From the sequence record MN159079.1: a DNA stretch of 64,000 bases. The stretch is one strand, 5' to 3'. Both the position numbers and the translations under genes were made by a program. Within the stretch, counting starts at the first letter, position 1. Each line of letters starts with the position of its first letter. Positions 47,567 through 59,000 of the stretch are shown here, one piece after another. The notes under the pieces are model-generated. The model saw nothing but the letters and a program-made list of their open reading frames with translations. It made no database searches and was not told the origin of the DNA.

Positions 47567-50500
47567 TTACTTGTTGTGGATACCACCACTGAACGCACGA
47601 TTATCCAGCGCACGGTTCACAACGGCATCCAAGGTTTCGTTGTTCGGGTACTTGTAAGTACCAGTCAACTGGAAGTCCGAAGGTGTTGCATTCGGACCCG
47701 CACCAGGGAATGTCGCTGTCAAGATACCGGTTGCAGGATCGTAAGTTTCGTTGGCTACGCCAGCACCATCGGTACGACCTGGGGTGTACACGCGAGTAAC
47801 TGTCGGACCCAACTTAACAGACGGACTGAACGAACCATCGGCTTCTTTACACATCATGGAGAAGTTGACATTACCACCACCCCAAGAGATGTCATACAAC
47901 TCAACGTTACGCGCACCCTTCACAGGGATGGACGTTGCTGAGAAACTGATAGTGAACGGAACGTACACTTCTGCGTTCTCCGCATTACCGTCTACCTTGA
48001 TCCAGCCATTACCGTTGTAGTTGGTACCGGCGGCGTCAGGAGCTGCAACAGCGTAGGTTGTTACATACGCACTCTCGTTGTTCAGGTGCTCACAAACGTA
48101 ACGATTAGTGCCAGGAATGAGACCTGTCATGTTACCGAATACGTAAGTGGCTTGTCTCGGCATGACCGAGTTAGCACCCGGAACCAGGTTGTGAGACATT
48201 TTCAGGTTGTTACCAATCCAGGTGTAGCCTGTGGTGTTTGCGCTGTAGTACCAAGCGCGACGAGAACCAGAAATCTGGGTCTTGGCCGCTGCTTCGGTTG
48301 TCACCATTGCAGTACAACCAACGAGCATGCTCAGGTCAACAGGAATCGGTTCGATGTCGAACTGAACTGTGAGAACACCAGTTGCTGGGTCGTAAGCACT
48401 GCTCTTCACATCCAGGGAACCACCCTTAGAACCTTGTGCTGAATCCAGCTTGGTCACGGTAGCTTCAGTCGGAAGATCGTTAGTGTTATTCTTCAGCGTG
48501 TACTTCATTGTGGCCACGTTATCCTTGACGGAAACAGAATCCAGCGTTGAGACGTACGGTCCTTTAGGGAGGACATTGGTGTAATCCAGAACCCAAGGAA
48601 GTCTTACCTCCAGGTTATCCGGTTGTTTGAGCGACAGGTATCCATTACCGGTGTAATGGGTGTCCTCTGTGGTACTCGGAGCAGCTACGTTGTAGTCAAT
48701 GATCCAAGATACTTCACCCTGGGTGTGAATGGTACCAACTGCACCAGTCGTTGCGGACGGGTTAACCGCCAGCGCCACGAATGCGCCGTCACCCTGGAAG
48801 TTGTAACCACCGTTAAGCGTTACATAGTAGTTACGCTGCAAGCGGCCATTCTTCCATTCGATACCGAGGTCACGCATGTCGAAGACGTTCTGTACGAAGT
48901 CGACTTTGTACTTAGCGATCTGGCCATCATTGGTGGTGATTTCCATATCCGCTTCGAACTTATCGGCCCAAGAACCAGTGAGGATCTTGGTCTTCGCAGA
49001 CCAGCTCAGGACACCAGTCGCAGGATCGTAGGACTGTGTGAGTTGGTTAGAGACGTTATCGAGGAAACCCTTCACCGGAGTGAACTTGGTAATCCGAGCG
49101 CTAGTTGGGATTGCTCCGGTCAGATCCATTTTCAGTTTCTGAGAGAACAAATCAACTTGGTGGTACTGACTAACAGGACCTGCGGAAGGAACAATCGGTT
49201 CACTATAGTCCACAGTGAACGGAATGATTACCTTAACCTTGTTACCCTTGTCGACGCTGTAGTTACCAGTCCCCGTGGTCTTGTACGGACGGATGTCAGT
49301 ACGACGTGGGAGATTCAGTTTCCACACCTTATCACCGGCGGTGTGATCCAGCAAGCTAGCAGTGCCAGCATTGTTGGTGTATTCAACACCATTCAGTACG
49401 AGGTTGTCGATAGCCACGGTACCCGCTGTTACTTCATGGTCAAGGACCAGAGCGTTAGCGCCCAGCGTTGCGTTCACACTCTTAACGAGATGTTCCACAT
49501 GCTGGTAGGTCACGTGAGGTTTGAAGGTACTACCGTCTTCGTTACCAGAGTCAATGGTACCCTCGAGGATAACTTCAACTGGTGTTGCGCCGCTAGGAGC
49601 GTCACAGTCATAAGTCACCACAAAGAGACCAGTTGTCTTGTCATAGACAGGAGGTTTGGTCGAAGAGATGGTCGCGCCAGTTGCCACAGGTTCACCGACA
49701 AACTTAACATCAGGCGGGAATGCACCGTCGTTATTGGCAAACTTGTAGGTCTCTACCAGTTCATTGTTAGTGATAACAGTGCTGACCTTGGTAGGAGTGT
49801 AAATAACCGGAGCAGGAGGTACCACAGCCTTGGTAACTTCCATCTTACTATCCAACGCCGGTTTGGTGATGTTATCGCCATAAGCCGGGAAGTTCACACG
49901 ACTGTTGAAGGTCGCCTGACCACCGTTCTTAGCGAACGCATCAGTCATCTCGAACACAAATGTCAAGATACCAGTTACTGGATCGTAGCTTTCACTCTTA
50001 GGTGTCTTGGTTCCGTTCAGGGTATTCAGAACGTAGTCGAACGGCTTATTGGTATAAGCTGTGCCTTTCGGAACACCGCCTTGGGCAAAAGCGTTGTTAA
50101 CTGTCACTGTCAACAGGTTGCCTTCCAGCTCCATGTCTTTCAGCCAGGTGTTAACGTAACCGTTGTTAGTCAAGAACTGCTTGAAGGTACAAGTCCACGG
50201 GAGTGCGTAGAACAACTTACCACCTGCGTTGGCCATGAACTTACCGCTGACCTTGTAGACAGTAACGTCATCAGTCTTCGGAGGAGTTGTCGGGACATAG
50301 CACAGATAGAAGATGTTCGGGGTAGCGCTACCGGTCTTCTCGGTACGGATGGGCCCGGTTGCTTCGGGATCGGCCGAAGTCACCACGTGGTAACCTTCAG
50401 TGATATCCACATCACCAGCATTGCGCTTCACCTTGTGGGTAATGCGGAACGCCTTCTCGTAGTCCTGCCATCCAGCGTTGGTCTGGGTGACACTATGGAC

Positions 50501-53500
50501 ATACAGGGTGTGAGTGAGAGGAGCGGTCAGCTCTTTGACACCAGCCTTGAACACAGGGTTGATAACGACAGGGAGTGCGGCCGTACCGGTCGGTTTGGTA
50601 ATCCCAACCTTGAAGCTGAAACGACCTGTTTGGTCATCATAGACTTCCTCAGTTGCCACACCGTCGATGTTGGAAGGAGAAGAGAACGCCTTAACCATCA
50701 TCTCTGTCGGAATGCTGCCGTCACCATTGGTGATGTCATAGACAATCGCCATAGTTGCGTCGTCAACAGTACTGGAGACGTGAGTAGCGATCAGAATCCG
50801 ATCCGGGTTAACAATAGCCTCGAACAGCGTGTCCTTACCAATACCACCGTCGTCGGCCCAGATATCAGTTACGAACTTGACCTTCTCGCCATCAAGCAGC
50901 GGGTTCATCTCAAATACAAACGAACCTTCACCAGTTGCAGGATCGTACTTATACAGTTTACCATCAACACTCACCGGAGTACGGTTTCCGCCAACAGTTT
51001 TCTCTGCTGAAGTAAACGGAGTCTTCAGGCGGAGATTGAACGGATAGGCATCACCTTCCGGAGTGACCTTGAAGGAGACGGTCAACTGGTTGGTATCTAC
51101 GTCGTACTTCCCACCAAGGGTGGTGGTAGTAAAGGTCTTCGGTTTCGGCAGTACGTAAGAACCGCCAGTCACACGTGGGGTGATGAAACCGCACGGGTTC
51201 TTCAGTTTCGCGGTACCCGTAGCAGAGATGGACTTCTGAGCGGTCGCATTACCGTAGTAATGAACCACCAGAGTGATCACACCAGTCGCAGGGTCGAAGG
51301 ACTGAGATTGGATCTTACCGTTATCAGCGGTGCCTGAGCCAGCGATCGCGCCAGTGAAGTAACCGTCCAGAGGGATGTTACCATCTTTGGTCAATGTATC
51401 AACCAACCAAGTCACTTCGATCACCGGAGAAGTACCTACCGGAGCGTTGATCTGTTTGTGTGCAGGGTTGCTACGGAAGATCGCAGTACCTTCACTCACA
51501 TCAGGGAGGAGATGGTAATCAGAACGAGATGCTGTTACAGTCATGTTCTCGAACGGATAGTTGAACTCCAGTGTCCAGTCCCAACGTTGGTTGGTGTTCT
51601 CGTGCATCGGAACAGCGACGGTACCGACCCAGACGTTACGATCTTCACCTTCTGTGGCTTTACGTTTCCAGACAAGCTCAGCTTCGAAGCCAGGATGGTT
51701 CCCGCCGTTACTAATCTTGAAGTTGGTCAGTTTGGCGGCTACATCTACGGAACTAACACCCTTGGTATCGCGGAACGAATACTCAAACTTGAGTTCTTGG
51801 TTGCAATAGGACTTGTTCAGCAGATAGATGGTCAACGGCTCCACCGTCTCGGTCACACGGAACGGAACTTCGGTATCTTCAACCAGTACAACACCTTCGT
51901 AATCGTACATTACGGGAACAGTGGTCACTTCTTTAGCTGTTACGCTATAGGTGATGGTCATGGTCCCGGCATTGTAATTCTGGGAAACCGGGTTAACCCC
52001 TTCCAGACCAGTCCCACCATTGATGGGTTGAACCACAACAGTTGTCGGTGCAGGAGAGCCATCGTTAGCCACGACTTTACCGGAGTGAGTGATCAACTTG
52101 GTGGTCATCACCGGCTTTTCCCAGACAATGGAGTACGCGCTCTTAGCTGTCGTTTCCACAGTGTAGGACTCAGAGGCATTCGGGTATTCGTCGGCGTAGA
52201 CACGACCTTCAACCAGGTAGTTGGTACCCTCACCACTCGGATTCTCCAGAGCGATATCAGCGTACACAGTTCCTGTATTGACATCGTAACGACGATTGGT
52301 CAATTCCTTGGTACCGTTCTTGGTGTTCACCGCACGGGTAACCGGAGTCACCAGTGTAGCACCTTCAGGGATGGTGTCATCGGACAGACGAACTTGCATA
52401 CTGACAGTACCGACGGTCCCGTTAACAGTCAGTTTGGCTTCAGTCACCTTGATCGGGGTGCGAACAACTTTGACGACCACGTCATCGATGAACTGAAGTT
52501 CCGGCTTACCAACATACGGAGTCAGAATTACTGACCCAACGAATGCGTACGTCATATCCTTGGAAGGATCGAGTGTGACAGTCGCTTCGAACTTGGCGAG
52601 ACCAGTCACGGGATCGTAACTCGTGTCTTCCTTGGTGATCGGAGTCGCAACGTTGGTTGCAGTAGCAAACGGAATCTTGAAGTCAGCAGCTACCGGGTAG
52701 GACCCGTCTGCAAGCCGAACCTTGTAAATGCCAATTGCTTTATCACCGACAACTTCCAGAGACTGGAGAGTGATACTCGGATCGGTGTTTCCAGTGCCAT
52801 CATCCGGGAGAGTCCAGGAATCAGGTTTCACTGTACCAGTTGTTTCGGCTACAGCGTAGCTGGTACCAGAAGGAACAGTTGCACTTACGGTGAGTGCATA
52901 CTTCTCGATGGTGTCGTTCGGTGCAACGATGTCCGCACTAACTTCCCACAAGCCCTTGCTCTTATCAATCTCCTTGAAGGAGAACTTGGGATCAGCAGCG
53001 ATGTTCTCACCAGAAACATAGGCAAGTGTGGCGTCGCCGGTGTAGGTGGCATCACCAAGGTACAGCCCTACCTTCCTGACGATACGGAGACCATTGAGCG
53101 TGGTTTCAACATCGGTTGCAGTGAGATCGAGTACCAGGTCCTTGACGGATACGGTGAACAAGGAACCATCTGCTTCGATACGAGCGTTGTAGGTGATCGG
53201 TTCGATCACACCTGTCTTCAACACGAGGTCGAAGTACAAAACACCGGTACCCGGGTGGTAATCCTGGTTAGGCGTTCCCTGATCAGGTGCGATACCAGAG
53301 ATGGAACTGGCGTCGTAGAACTTGGCTTCACCAGGATGTACGTTGGGGGAACCGATACGGTTGATCCGAACGGTATGACGGATCTTGTCGCCCATCAACT
53401 TGACACCCAGGTCAGTAGCTTCCCATTCCACTTCACCGCTATTGGTGTACGTTCCGGTGAAATCACCGAACAGAGGCTTCTTGAAGTCGTCTGCTTTGAA

Positions 53501-55951
53501 CTCACCCTTGGCGGAGTAAACGTTATCGCCCAGATCGGGGTAAACGATATCCACTGTCAGCGTCCAGAAGTCACCGGCCTTTTCCAGAGTGTGAGTACCA
53601 TTGGGTTTGAGACCGACTGTATTGGTCAGACCCAACAGAGTCAGATCTTTAACCTTGGAACCATCATCACTGTAGGTTGCGTCCAAAGTCCAGCGAAGTT
53701 TGGGATCGGCGCTGTCCAGGAGGAACTCGGTGTTCGTGGTGGTGAAGTTGATTTCGAGATCGTTATCGAATACAGCTTCGAATTTGGCGGTTGCTGTTTT
53801 CACAGTTCCGTCGCGTTCGTGAGTACCGTGGACAACCCATTCGAAGTCGACGGTCAGTTCTACCGGATCATTTCCATAAGCAGTCAGTTCCGCGGAAACG
53901 GTGCCGGATTGGAGATCAACGTCCCAACCAGGCTGGGAGAAACTTTCGGGTACGAGACCCTTAATGTTTTCCATACCTTTAGGGTCGATAGCCGGAATGT
54001 CTTTACCATCAGACAACACGGCGTTATACGGCCACGTTACCTTGGTCGGTGCACGAGGGGAATCGAACACTCCCTTACCTGGTGTGATAACAGCACTGAC
54101 CACAGTCACCCAAGTACCATCACCGTTGGTGGTTCCAAACGGAGTGGACGGAGTGCTACAGACCACGCTGAGTTTTACAGAGATCTTGATCGGCTCAATG
54201 TCCGGATCAGGAATGATAACGATTGTCACGAAACCATTCTCGATAACCGCTGCGTCACGCATTGTCCCACCAACGATGGCCGGGAATACGTTTGCGATCA
54301 TCGGATCGTTCGGGCTTTCAGAGTTGTCTACCTTAACACGATAAGTGACCAACTGGGTCTTTTCATCGTAGGTGAGAGTCTGTTGGCTGAACGTGAGGAC
54401 CGGATCACCAGTGGTATCGAACTCCTTGGAGAACTTCATGGAGTAGGGAACCATCTCCTCCAGGTCGTCGATCTTCGCTTCACAGAAAAGTTCGATCTCG
54501 TACTTCTCAGGCGTTTGCGGAATTACAGTTATGTCGTGATAGACCTCACCGTTTTCGGTGACGACACCAGGTCCCGCATTGTTGTTGTCTTCCAAACCAA
54601 CAGTCCCCGGAAGGAACTTATCGGAGCGTTGTGTGAAGTAAGGAACAATCCCACCCACATAACGGAAACGACCAACCATGTTCAGTACTGGACCGAATGC
54701 GGGTTCATCATAGACAAACTCGATCTCCGGGCGCACTTCCTTAGGGATGGAAACTTCGGTTTCTGCTTTGCGGAGACCGATATCCCACTTATGGGTTTGA
54801 GCACCCATCGTCTCAGTTTTCAGAGTGAACGTGTAAACATCACCATCGACTGATTTGACTTCTGCTGTTTCAGACTTCAGCTTGTCTGACAGACCAGTGA
54901 CATATTCACCAGTATAGGTGTCTTTCACTTTGGCCGTCAGGGTGTACGCATCAACAACTGCCACTTGTTCGATGACCAAGCGATCCACGTCGACGCCACC
55001 AGTGAACTCAGCGCTCTTGGTCACTGACTTAGAACCTTCAGTGTCTTTCCGAGTGAAGTCCACTTTAACGGTCAAAGTACCGAGGAACTGATCGTTGACT
55101 TCTTCGTCACCGGTATACGGTTCGAATTCACTGTAAACAGTAGCAACTGTTTTGTGTTCGGTCACAGAGAGTTCGTTGGAAAGTTCCAGACGGAAACCAG
55201 CAGGTACTTTGTAGTCACTAGCGATACTTACTACCGGTGACATGGTTTCGATACCCTGCCAGTGTGCTACCAGTTCGATATCGAACTTGGCTACAACACC
55301 AGTCTTGTTTTCCATGCCAGTTGCACGACTAGGGTTGATCTTGACGACCATACCGTCGCCGCCATCCAGGTTCTCGTCATAAACGAAAACTGCTACCGGG
55401 GTGGGTTCCAGGAGTGACCGATCATTGACCATCATGGTGTAGTCAGCACTGAGTGGATGGGCGTCCTCTGCGGAAACATCCAGGCGATCAAAGAAGATGT
55501 TGGAAGTGGCTTCACGGAGACCACCTTCACCTTTCAGAGTCTTGAGGAAGAGACAATACTGTCCGGTCGGTTCATAAAACACGTACTCGAAATCCCAGTT
55601 GTTACTGCGGAAGAGTGCGTGAAGTTCACCGATGGTTTTAACGGTTTTGACGTTAGTTTCCATACCAGTCAGGATTTCACCGAAGGGCAAGCGCTCTACA
55701 GGGATATCCACCCGACCGAAACCGGTGATTCGTGAAGTGATGCAAACCAAAGACTCACGATCCCCCTGGATGGGTTCGATACGCACATCTTCGGCTTTAA
55801 GGTTATTGTAGCGCTCTCTCGCTACTTCGAGTTCGCCTTTAGGATCATCGATTTCGAGATCAGCAAGGCGCTTTGCGAGGAACCGTTGTACAGAGACCCA
55901 GAATGGATCACGTACAAAGGCACTCCTTTCAACAATCAACCCGTTTTCCAT
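47567..55951 (-). CDS. Giant 2794-aa virion/surface protein, paralogue 2, with tandem beta-sandwich (Ig-like) modules
   Basis: Shared family N-terminus (DPFWVSVQRFLAK...ERYNNLKAEDVRIE...GFGRVDIPVE); T/V/P-rich; repeated Y/F-D-P-x-T-G motif. Confidence 0.8.
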   Translation of the reverse strand: MENGLIVERSAFVRDPFWVSVQRFLAKRLADLEIDDPKGELEVARERYNNLKAEDVRIEPIQGDRESLVCITSRITGFGRVDIPVERLPFGEILTGMETNVKTVKTIGELHALFRSNNWDFEYVFYEPTGQYCLFLKTLKGEGGLREATSNIFFDRLDVSAEDAHPLSADYTMMVNDRSLLEPTPVAVFVYDENLDGGDGMVVKINPSRATGMENKTGVVAKFDIELVAHWQGIETMSPVVSIASDYKVPAGFRLELSNELSVTEHKTVATVYSEFEPYTGDEEVNDQFLGTLTVKVDFTRKDTEGSKSVTKSAEFTGGVDVDRLVIEQVAVVDAYTLTAKVKDTYTGEYVTGLSDKLKSETAEVKSVDGDVYTFTLKTETMGAQTHKWDIGLRKAETEVSIPKEVRPEIEFVYDEPAFGPVLNMVGRFRYVGGIVPYFTQRSDKFLPGTVGLEDNNNAGPGVVTENGEVYHDITVIPQTPEKYEIELFCEAKIDDLEEMVPYSMKFSKEFDTTGDPVLTFSQQTLTYDEKTQLVTYRVKVDNSESPNDPMIANVFPAIVGGTMRDAAVIENGFVTIVIIPDPDIEPIKISVKLSVVCSTPSTPFGTTNGDGTWVTVVSAVITPGKGVFDSPRAPTKVTWPYNAVLSDGKDIPAIDPKGMENIKGLVPESFSQPGWDVDLQSGTVSAELTAYGNDPVELTVDFEWVVHGTHERDGTVKTATAKFEAVFDNDLEINFTTTNTEFLLDSADPKLRWTLDATYSDDGSKVKDLTLLGLTNTVGLKPNGTHTLEKAGDFWTLTVDIVYPDLGDNVYSAKGEFKADDFKKPLFGDFTGTYTNSGEVEWEATDLGVKLMGDKIRHTVRINRIGSPNVHPGEAKFYDASSISGIAPDQGTPNQDYHPGTGVLYFDLVLKTGVIEPITYNARIEADGSLFTVSVKDLVLDLTATDVETTLNGLRIVRKVGLYLGDATYTGDATLAYVSGENIAADPKFSFKEIDKSKGLWEVSADIVAPNDTIEKYALTVSATVPSGTSYAVAETTGTVKPDSWTLPDDGTGNTDPSITLQSLEVVGDKAIGIYKVRLADGSYPVAADFKIPFATATNVATPITKEDTSYDPVTGLAKFEATVTLDPSKDMTYAFVGSVILTPYVGKPELQFIDDVVVKVVRTPIKVTEAKLTVNGTVGTVSMQVRLSDDTIPEGATLVTPVTRAVNTKNGTKELTNRRYDVNTGTVYADIALENPSGEGTNYLVEGRVYADEYPNASESYTVETTAKSAYSIVWEKPVMTTKLITHSGKVVANDGSPAPTTVVVQPINGGTGLEGVNPVSQNYNAGTMTITYSVTAKEVTTVPVMYDYEGVVLVEDTEVPFRVTETVEPLTIYLLNKSYCNQELKFEYSFRDTKGVSSVDVAAKLTNFKISNGGNHPGFEAELVWKRKATEGEDRNVWVGTVAVPMHENTNQRWDWTLEFNYPFENMTVTASRSDYHLLPDVSEGTAIFRSNPAHKQINAPVGTSPVIEVTWLVDTLTKDGNIPLDGYFTGAIAGSGTADNGKIQSQSFDPATGVITLVVHYYGNATAQKSISATGTAKLKNPCGFITPRVTGGSYVLPKPKTFTTTTLGGKYDVDTNQLTVSFKVTPEGDAYPFNLRLKTPFTSAEKTVGGNRTPVSVDGKLYKYDPATGEGSFVFEMNPLLDGEKVKFVTDIWADDGGIGKDTLFEAIVNPDRILIATHVSSTVDDATMAIVYDITNGDGSIPTEMMVKAFSSPSNIDGVATEEVYDDQTGRFSFKVGITKPTGTAALPVVINPVFKAGVKELTAPLTHTLYVHSVTQTNAGWQDYEKAFRITHKVKRNAGDVDITEGYHVVTSADPEATGPIRTEKTGSATPNIFYLCYVPTTPPKTDDVTVYKVSGKFMANAGGKLFYALPWTCTFKQFLTNNGYVNTWLKDMELEGNLLTVTVNNAFAQGGVPKGTAYTNKPFDYVLNTLNGTKTPKSESYDPVTGILTFVFEMTDAFAKNGGQATFNSRVNFPAYGDNITKPALDSKMEVTKAVVPPAPVIYTPTKVSTVITNNELVETYKFANNDGAFPPDVKFVGEPVATGATISSTKPPVYDKTTGLFVVTYDCDAPSGATPVEVILEGTIDSGNEDGSTFKPHVTYQHVEHLVKSVNATLGANALVLDHEVTAGTVAIDNLVLNGVEYTNNAGTASLLDHTAGDKVWKLNLPRRTDIRPYKTTGTGNYSVDKGNKVKVIIPFTVDYSEPIVPSAGPVSQYHQVDLFSQKLKMDLTGAIPTSARITKFTPVKGFLDNVSNQLTQSYDPATGVLSWSAKTKILTGSWADKFEADMEITTNDGQIAKYKVDFVQNVFDMRDLGIEWKNGRLQRNYYVTLNGGYNFQGDGAFVALAVNPSATTGAVGTIHTQGEVSWIIDYNVAAPSTTEDTHYTGNGYLSLKQPDNLEVRLPWVLDYTNVLPKGPYVSTLDSVSVKDNVATMKYTLKNNTNDLPTEATVTKLDSAQGSKGGSLDVKSSAYDPATGVLTVQFDIEPIPVDLSMLVGCTAMVTTEAAAKTQISGSRRAWYYSANTTGYTWIGNNLKMSHNLVPGANSVMPRQATYVFGNMTGLIPGTNRYVCEHLNNESAYVTTYAVAAPDAAGTNYNGNGWIKVDGNAENAEVYVPFTISFSATSIPVKGARNVELYDISWGGGNVNFSMMCKEADGSFSPSVKLGPTVTRVYTPGRTDGAGVANETYDPATGILTATFPGAGPNATPSDFQLTGTYKYPNNETLDAVVNRALDNRAFSGGIHNK

Positions 55952-55984
55952 TTATTGGCTCCAGGATATGTGGGTTATAAAGAA

Positions 55985-56004
55985 GGGGTGAACGAATCCA
56001 CCCC
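55985..56004 (-). terminator. Short intergenic hairpin
   Basis: ggggtg-aacgaatc-cacccc, with aaagaa to the left. Confidence 0.45.
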
Positions 56005-56042
56005 ATACTACATTAGTTCGCAGATAACTGTGACTGGTGTCT

Positions 56043-59000
56043 TTAAGTAGTCAGTGTGATCGTTGCTACGAAGGTGGGTTTAACTTCACCCTCCCAAGTA
56101 CCTGCACGGAACTTGGCACGAACGGTAACCTTCTCACCAGGTGTCACCCTAGCAGGATTTGTGAACCGCACACCTTCTTGACTGAATTTCACCCGAGGGC
56201 TATTGGACTCACCATTTACACTGTAACTGATGATTTCGATCAAGTTTCCGGCGGTGTTCTTGACAACCTCTCCGGTTTCTGTATTACGATACACGACATT
56301 CCAGGGTTGGAAATATTCGTGGTCCCATTCGCCTTCAGCCAGTTCATGTACCCAGCCAGTCAAGAGTGGAGGTTTGTGTGTAATCACTTGACCTGATTCG
56401 ATGAACCATCCAGAGAGACCGACCGGACTCACAAACAGCGGCTGATAAGGACGCTCGATCGGAGTGATACTATTCTCTACTGCGGTGCTGTGGATTGCGG
56501 GTCCGCTATGGAGAACACGACCGGCCTTACCGTTAAGGTCGAGTACATACACATCGTGAGGACTCGTGGCCAAATCGTTCATCCAGAGATATTGGAAACT
56601 GAGAACTACCTCCATGACCTCCGGATCGCTTGCCAGCTCAAACCCAGGATTCTTCCCGTAAGGAGGAATGGGAGGACCTTTAAGAACGTTACCCTTTACG
56701 GGACTATCCATGCCTGGGTATGTGATTTCCAGAACATAGGTCCCATCACCCATGGGTTCTGTCCACAGGTCGCCATGAGGGACATCTGTGTGGAACGCTG
56801 CGAACATCGTTCCTTCCTCAACCCTCGCCTCAACAATCCCGGCCAAAGGCATTTTCAAGTTGACAACACTAGGAAGTAAGGAGGGCAGATCTTTCTTCAA
56901 CATCACGAAGCTTGTTGTCCCGGAGGACTCTTTCCTGACCTGAACCGCTTGGGAAAGACGAGTTTCGCCCAAACCTTGATAGTAGAAGTGAGCCCACTGA
57001 TCATGGATTGATACTTCTTTGTCTCGGACTTTGAAGTTCAGAACAGGTCGGATCAACGAAGCCGGAAGATTTTCATCGATCACCCGGAGTTTCAAACTGA
57101 CACTCTGTCGGTCGGTCACCTGGCCATAAGGTATTTCCTCATGGATAAATTCCAGGTTATTGAGAACAGCACTTACACTTTCGAAAGTGACAGGAATGGC
57201 ATGTTCATCAGTGTAAGGAATACCGATTAACGGTGTAAATACCAATGAACGTTCACCGGAACTATAAGTGCACGCGATGTCGGGATAAACCACTTTAGGA
57301 GTGAGAGTGACAGTGACAACGTTGAAATACTGGAGTCCGTCCTTAATGATCCCCACTGGGAGTGTGATGGTGATATCGTCACCGGGAACATAGTTTCTGT
57401 CCAGGATCACGATTCTGGACATTTGGACTTTATCCTGTCCTTCATTATTGAAGGGTGTGTCGACAAACCCAGTCTTCACTACTTGAATGAGACTCTTGTT
57501 GTAATACCCTTCTTTAAAGAACCAATCGGGGACGTAGAACTCATTGAGCTTGTTGGGGTGAACAAGCGCTTCCAGATTGAGTTTGTTCTGGTCACCAAGT
57601 TCAAGGTCTGTCCGACATTCGATAACAGAAAGTTGGTGATAGAGATCCATGACCCAGTTAGTCACGACTTCCCCATCTTTGAACTCGGCTTTCAGTTCGA
57701 ACCACTCACCTGGATGCGAGGCTACCAGACGTTCCGTACTGCCGTAAGAACGGACCAAGGGATTAGAGATAATCCGATGATGTTCGTTACTACCGACGTC
57801 TGAAATATATTCATACGGAGCCACCCAAGGTTCATTGGGATTAGCTGTCGCTGTAACGTTCAGACCCTGGAAGTTGTCATGGTTGATCTCATGATCAACG
57901 GTCAGTTGAAGTTTCGCTGAGAACAGGGGATCCATATCAGTTGCGGGTGTTTGGGCAAAATCGAAGGAGACGTCCCTCATCCGTGCGCCAGCAATGAACG
58001 GGTGGACCATGGTCCGTTGCCCAAATGACATCGCGAGTTCGGCATTGCCACAACCGGTAACTCGACAAGCGATGTGATGAAGACCCAACTTCTCCACGTA
58101 GGTCATTGCACCGACATCTGCGAACGGTCCTTTAAGCACCCAATCATCCGGAATCGCAGTGATCTTTTCGTCGTCGCCCAGCGAGAACATGAACCCTTGA
58201 GGAAGAGTTACACGACCCACATCTTTAAAGTAGAACGACCCTGCTTTAGTTGCGATGAACGAATCATTACGGAAACGCAACGGATCCAAGGTGGGTTCGA
58301 AGACAAACGTGGAATTGGAAGTTGCTTTCTTGTCGCCTCCTTCATTGGAGAATTCGGCTTCGAATACCAGGGACGAAGGTTCCAAGGCTTCCATTTGATA
58401 AGGGAGCGTGAACTCCAGTTCGGCCGTATACGCGGTATCGCTGACTTTGGTCAGATTACCGACGAAGTCATTGGTGAAAAGAGCCGGTCCCGGCCAAGAC
58501 AGATTTTTACCTACCAGTCTCGTAGCGTCGAAGTCAAGCTTCTTGTTCAGAACCAAATCAACGACCACTTTACCATCATGCTCATTGAAAAGAACTTTTT
58601 CAGGGAACGTGGCCAGGAATGATTGTTCACTTTCTTCATCCAGCTTATCACCAGACAAGAGTACGATTTCGCCCACACCCTCGATGGAACTATCTTCGAT
58701 AATAACACGCTGGGGATCTTCAGCGGGATTAGTGGAAGTAGGGAAGTGGAAACCACTCATCTTCTCGAATATGATGTCGGTCACAACAGGGAAGTTGTAA
58801 ATATCATTACCGAGGAGCTTTTTACGAGCGAAGTAGTAGAACTTGTCAGTTTCCACCACGTAGAAGTAATCACCCTTCTCTTTATGGAAATGTGCTGTAG
58901 CAATCATATCGCTAACGGTTGCACACTCATACAAACCTGTGAAGGTTTTAGTGTGGGGTAGCAGATCCATGAACAGGTCTTTGAAGGGAAGGGCGTGAAC

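Noticed and set aside
48623-54853. Long plus-strand ORFs (795, 358 and 532 aa) opposite the 2794-aa gene
   Set aside because: Same antisense shadow effect; similar shadows occur opposite most genes in the window.
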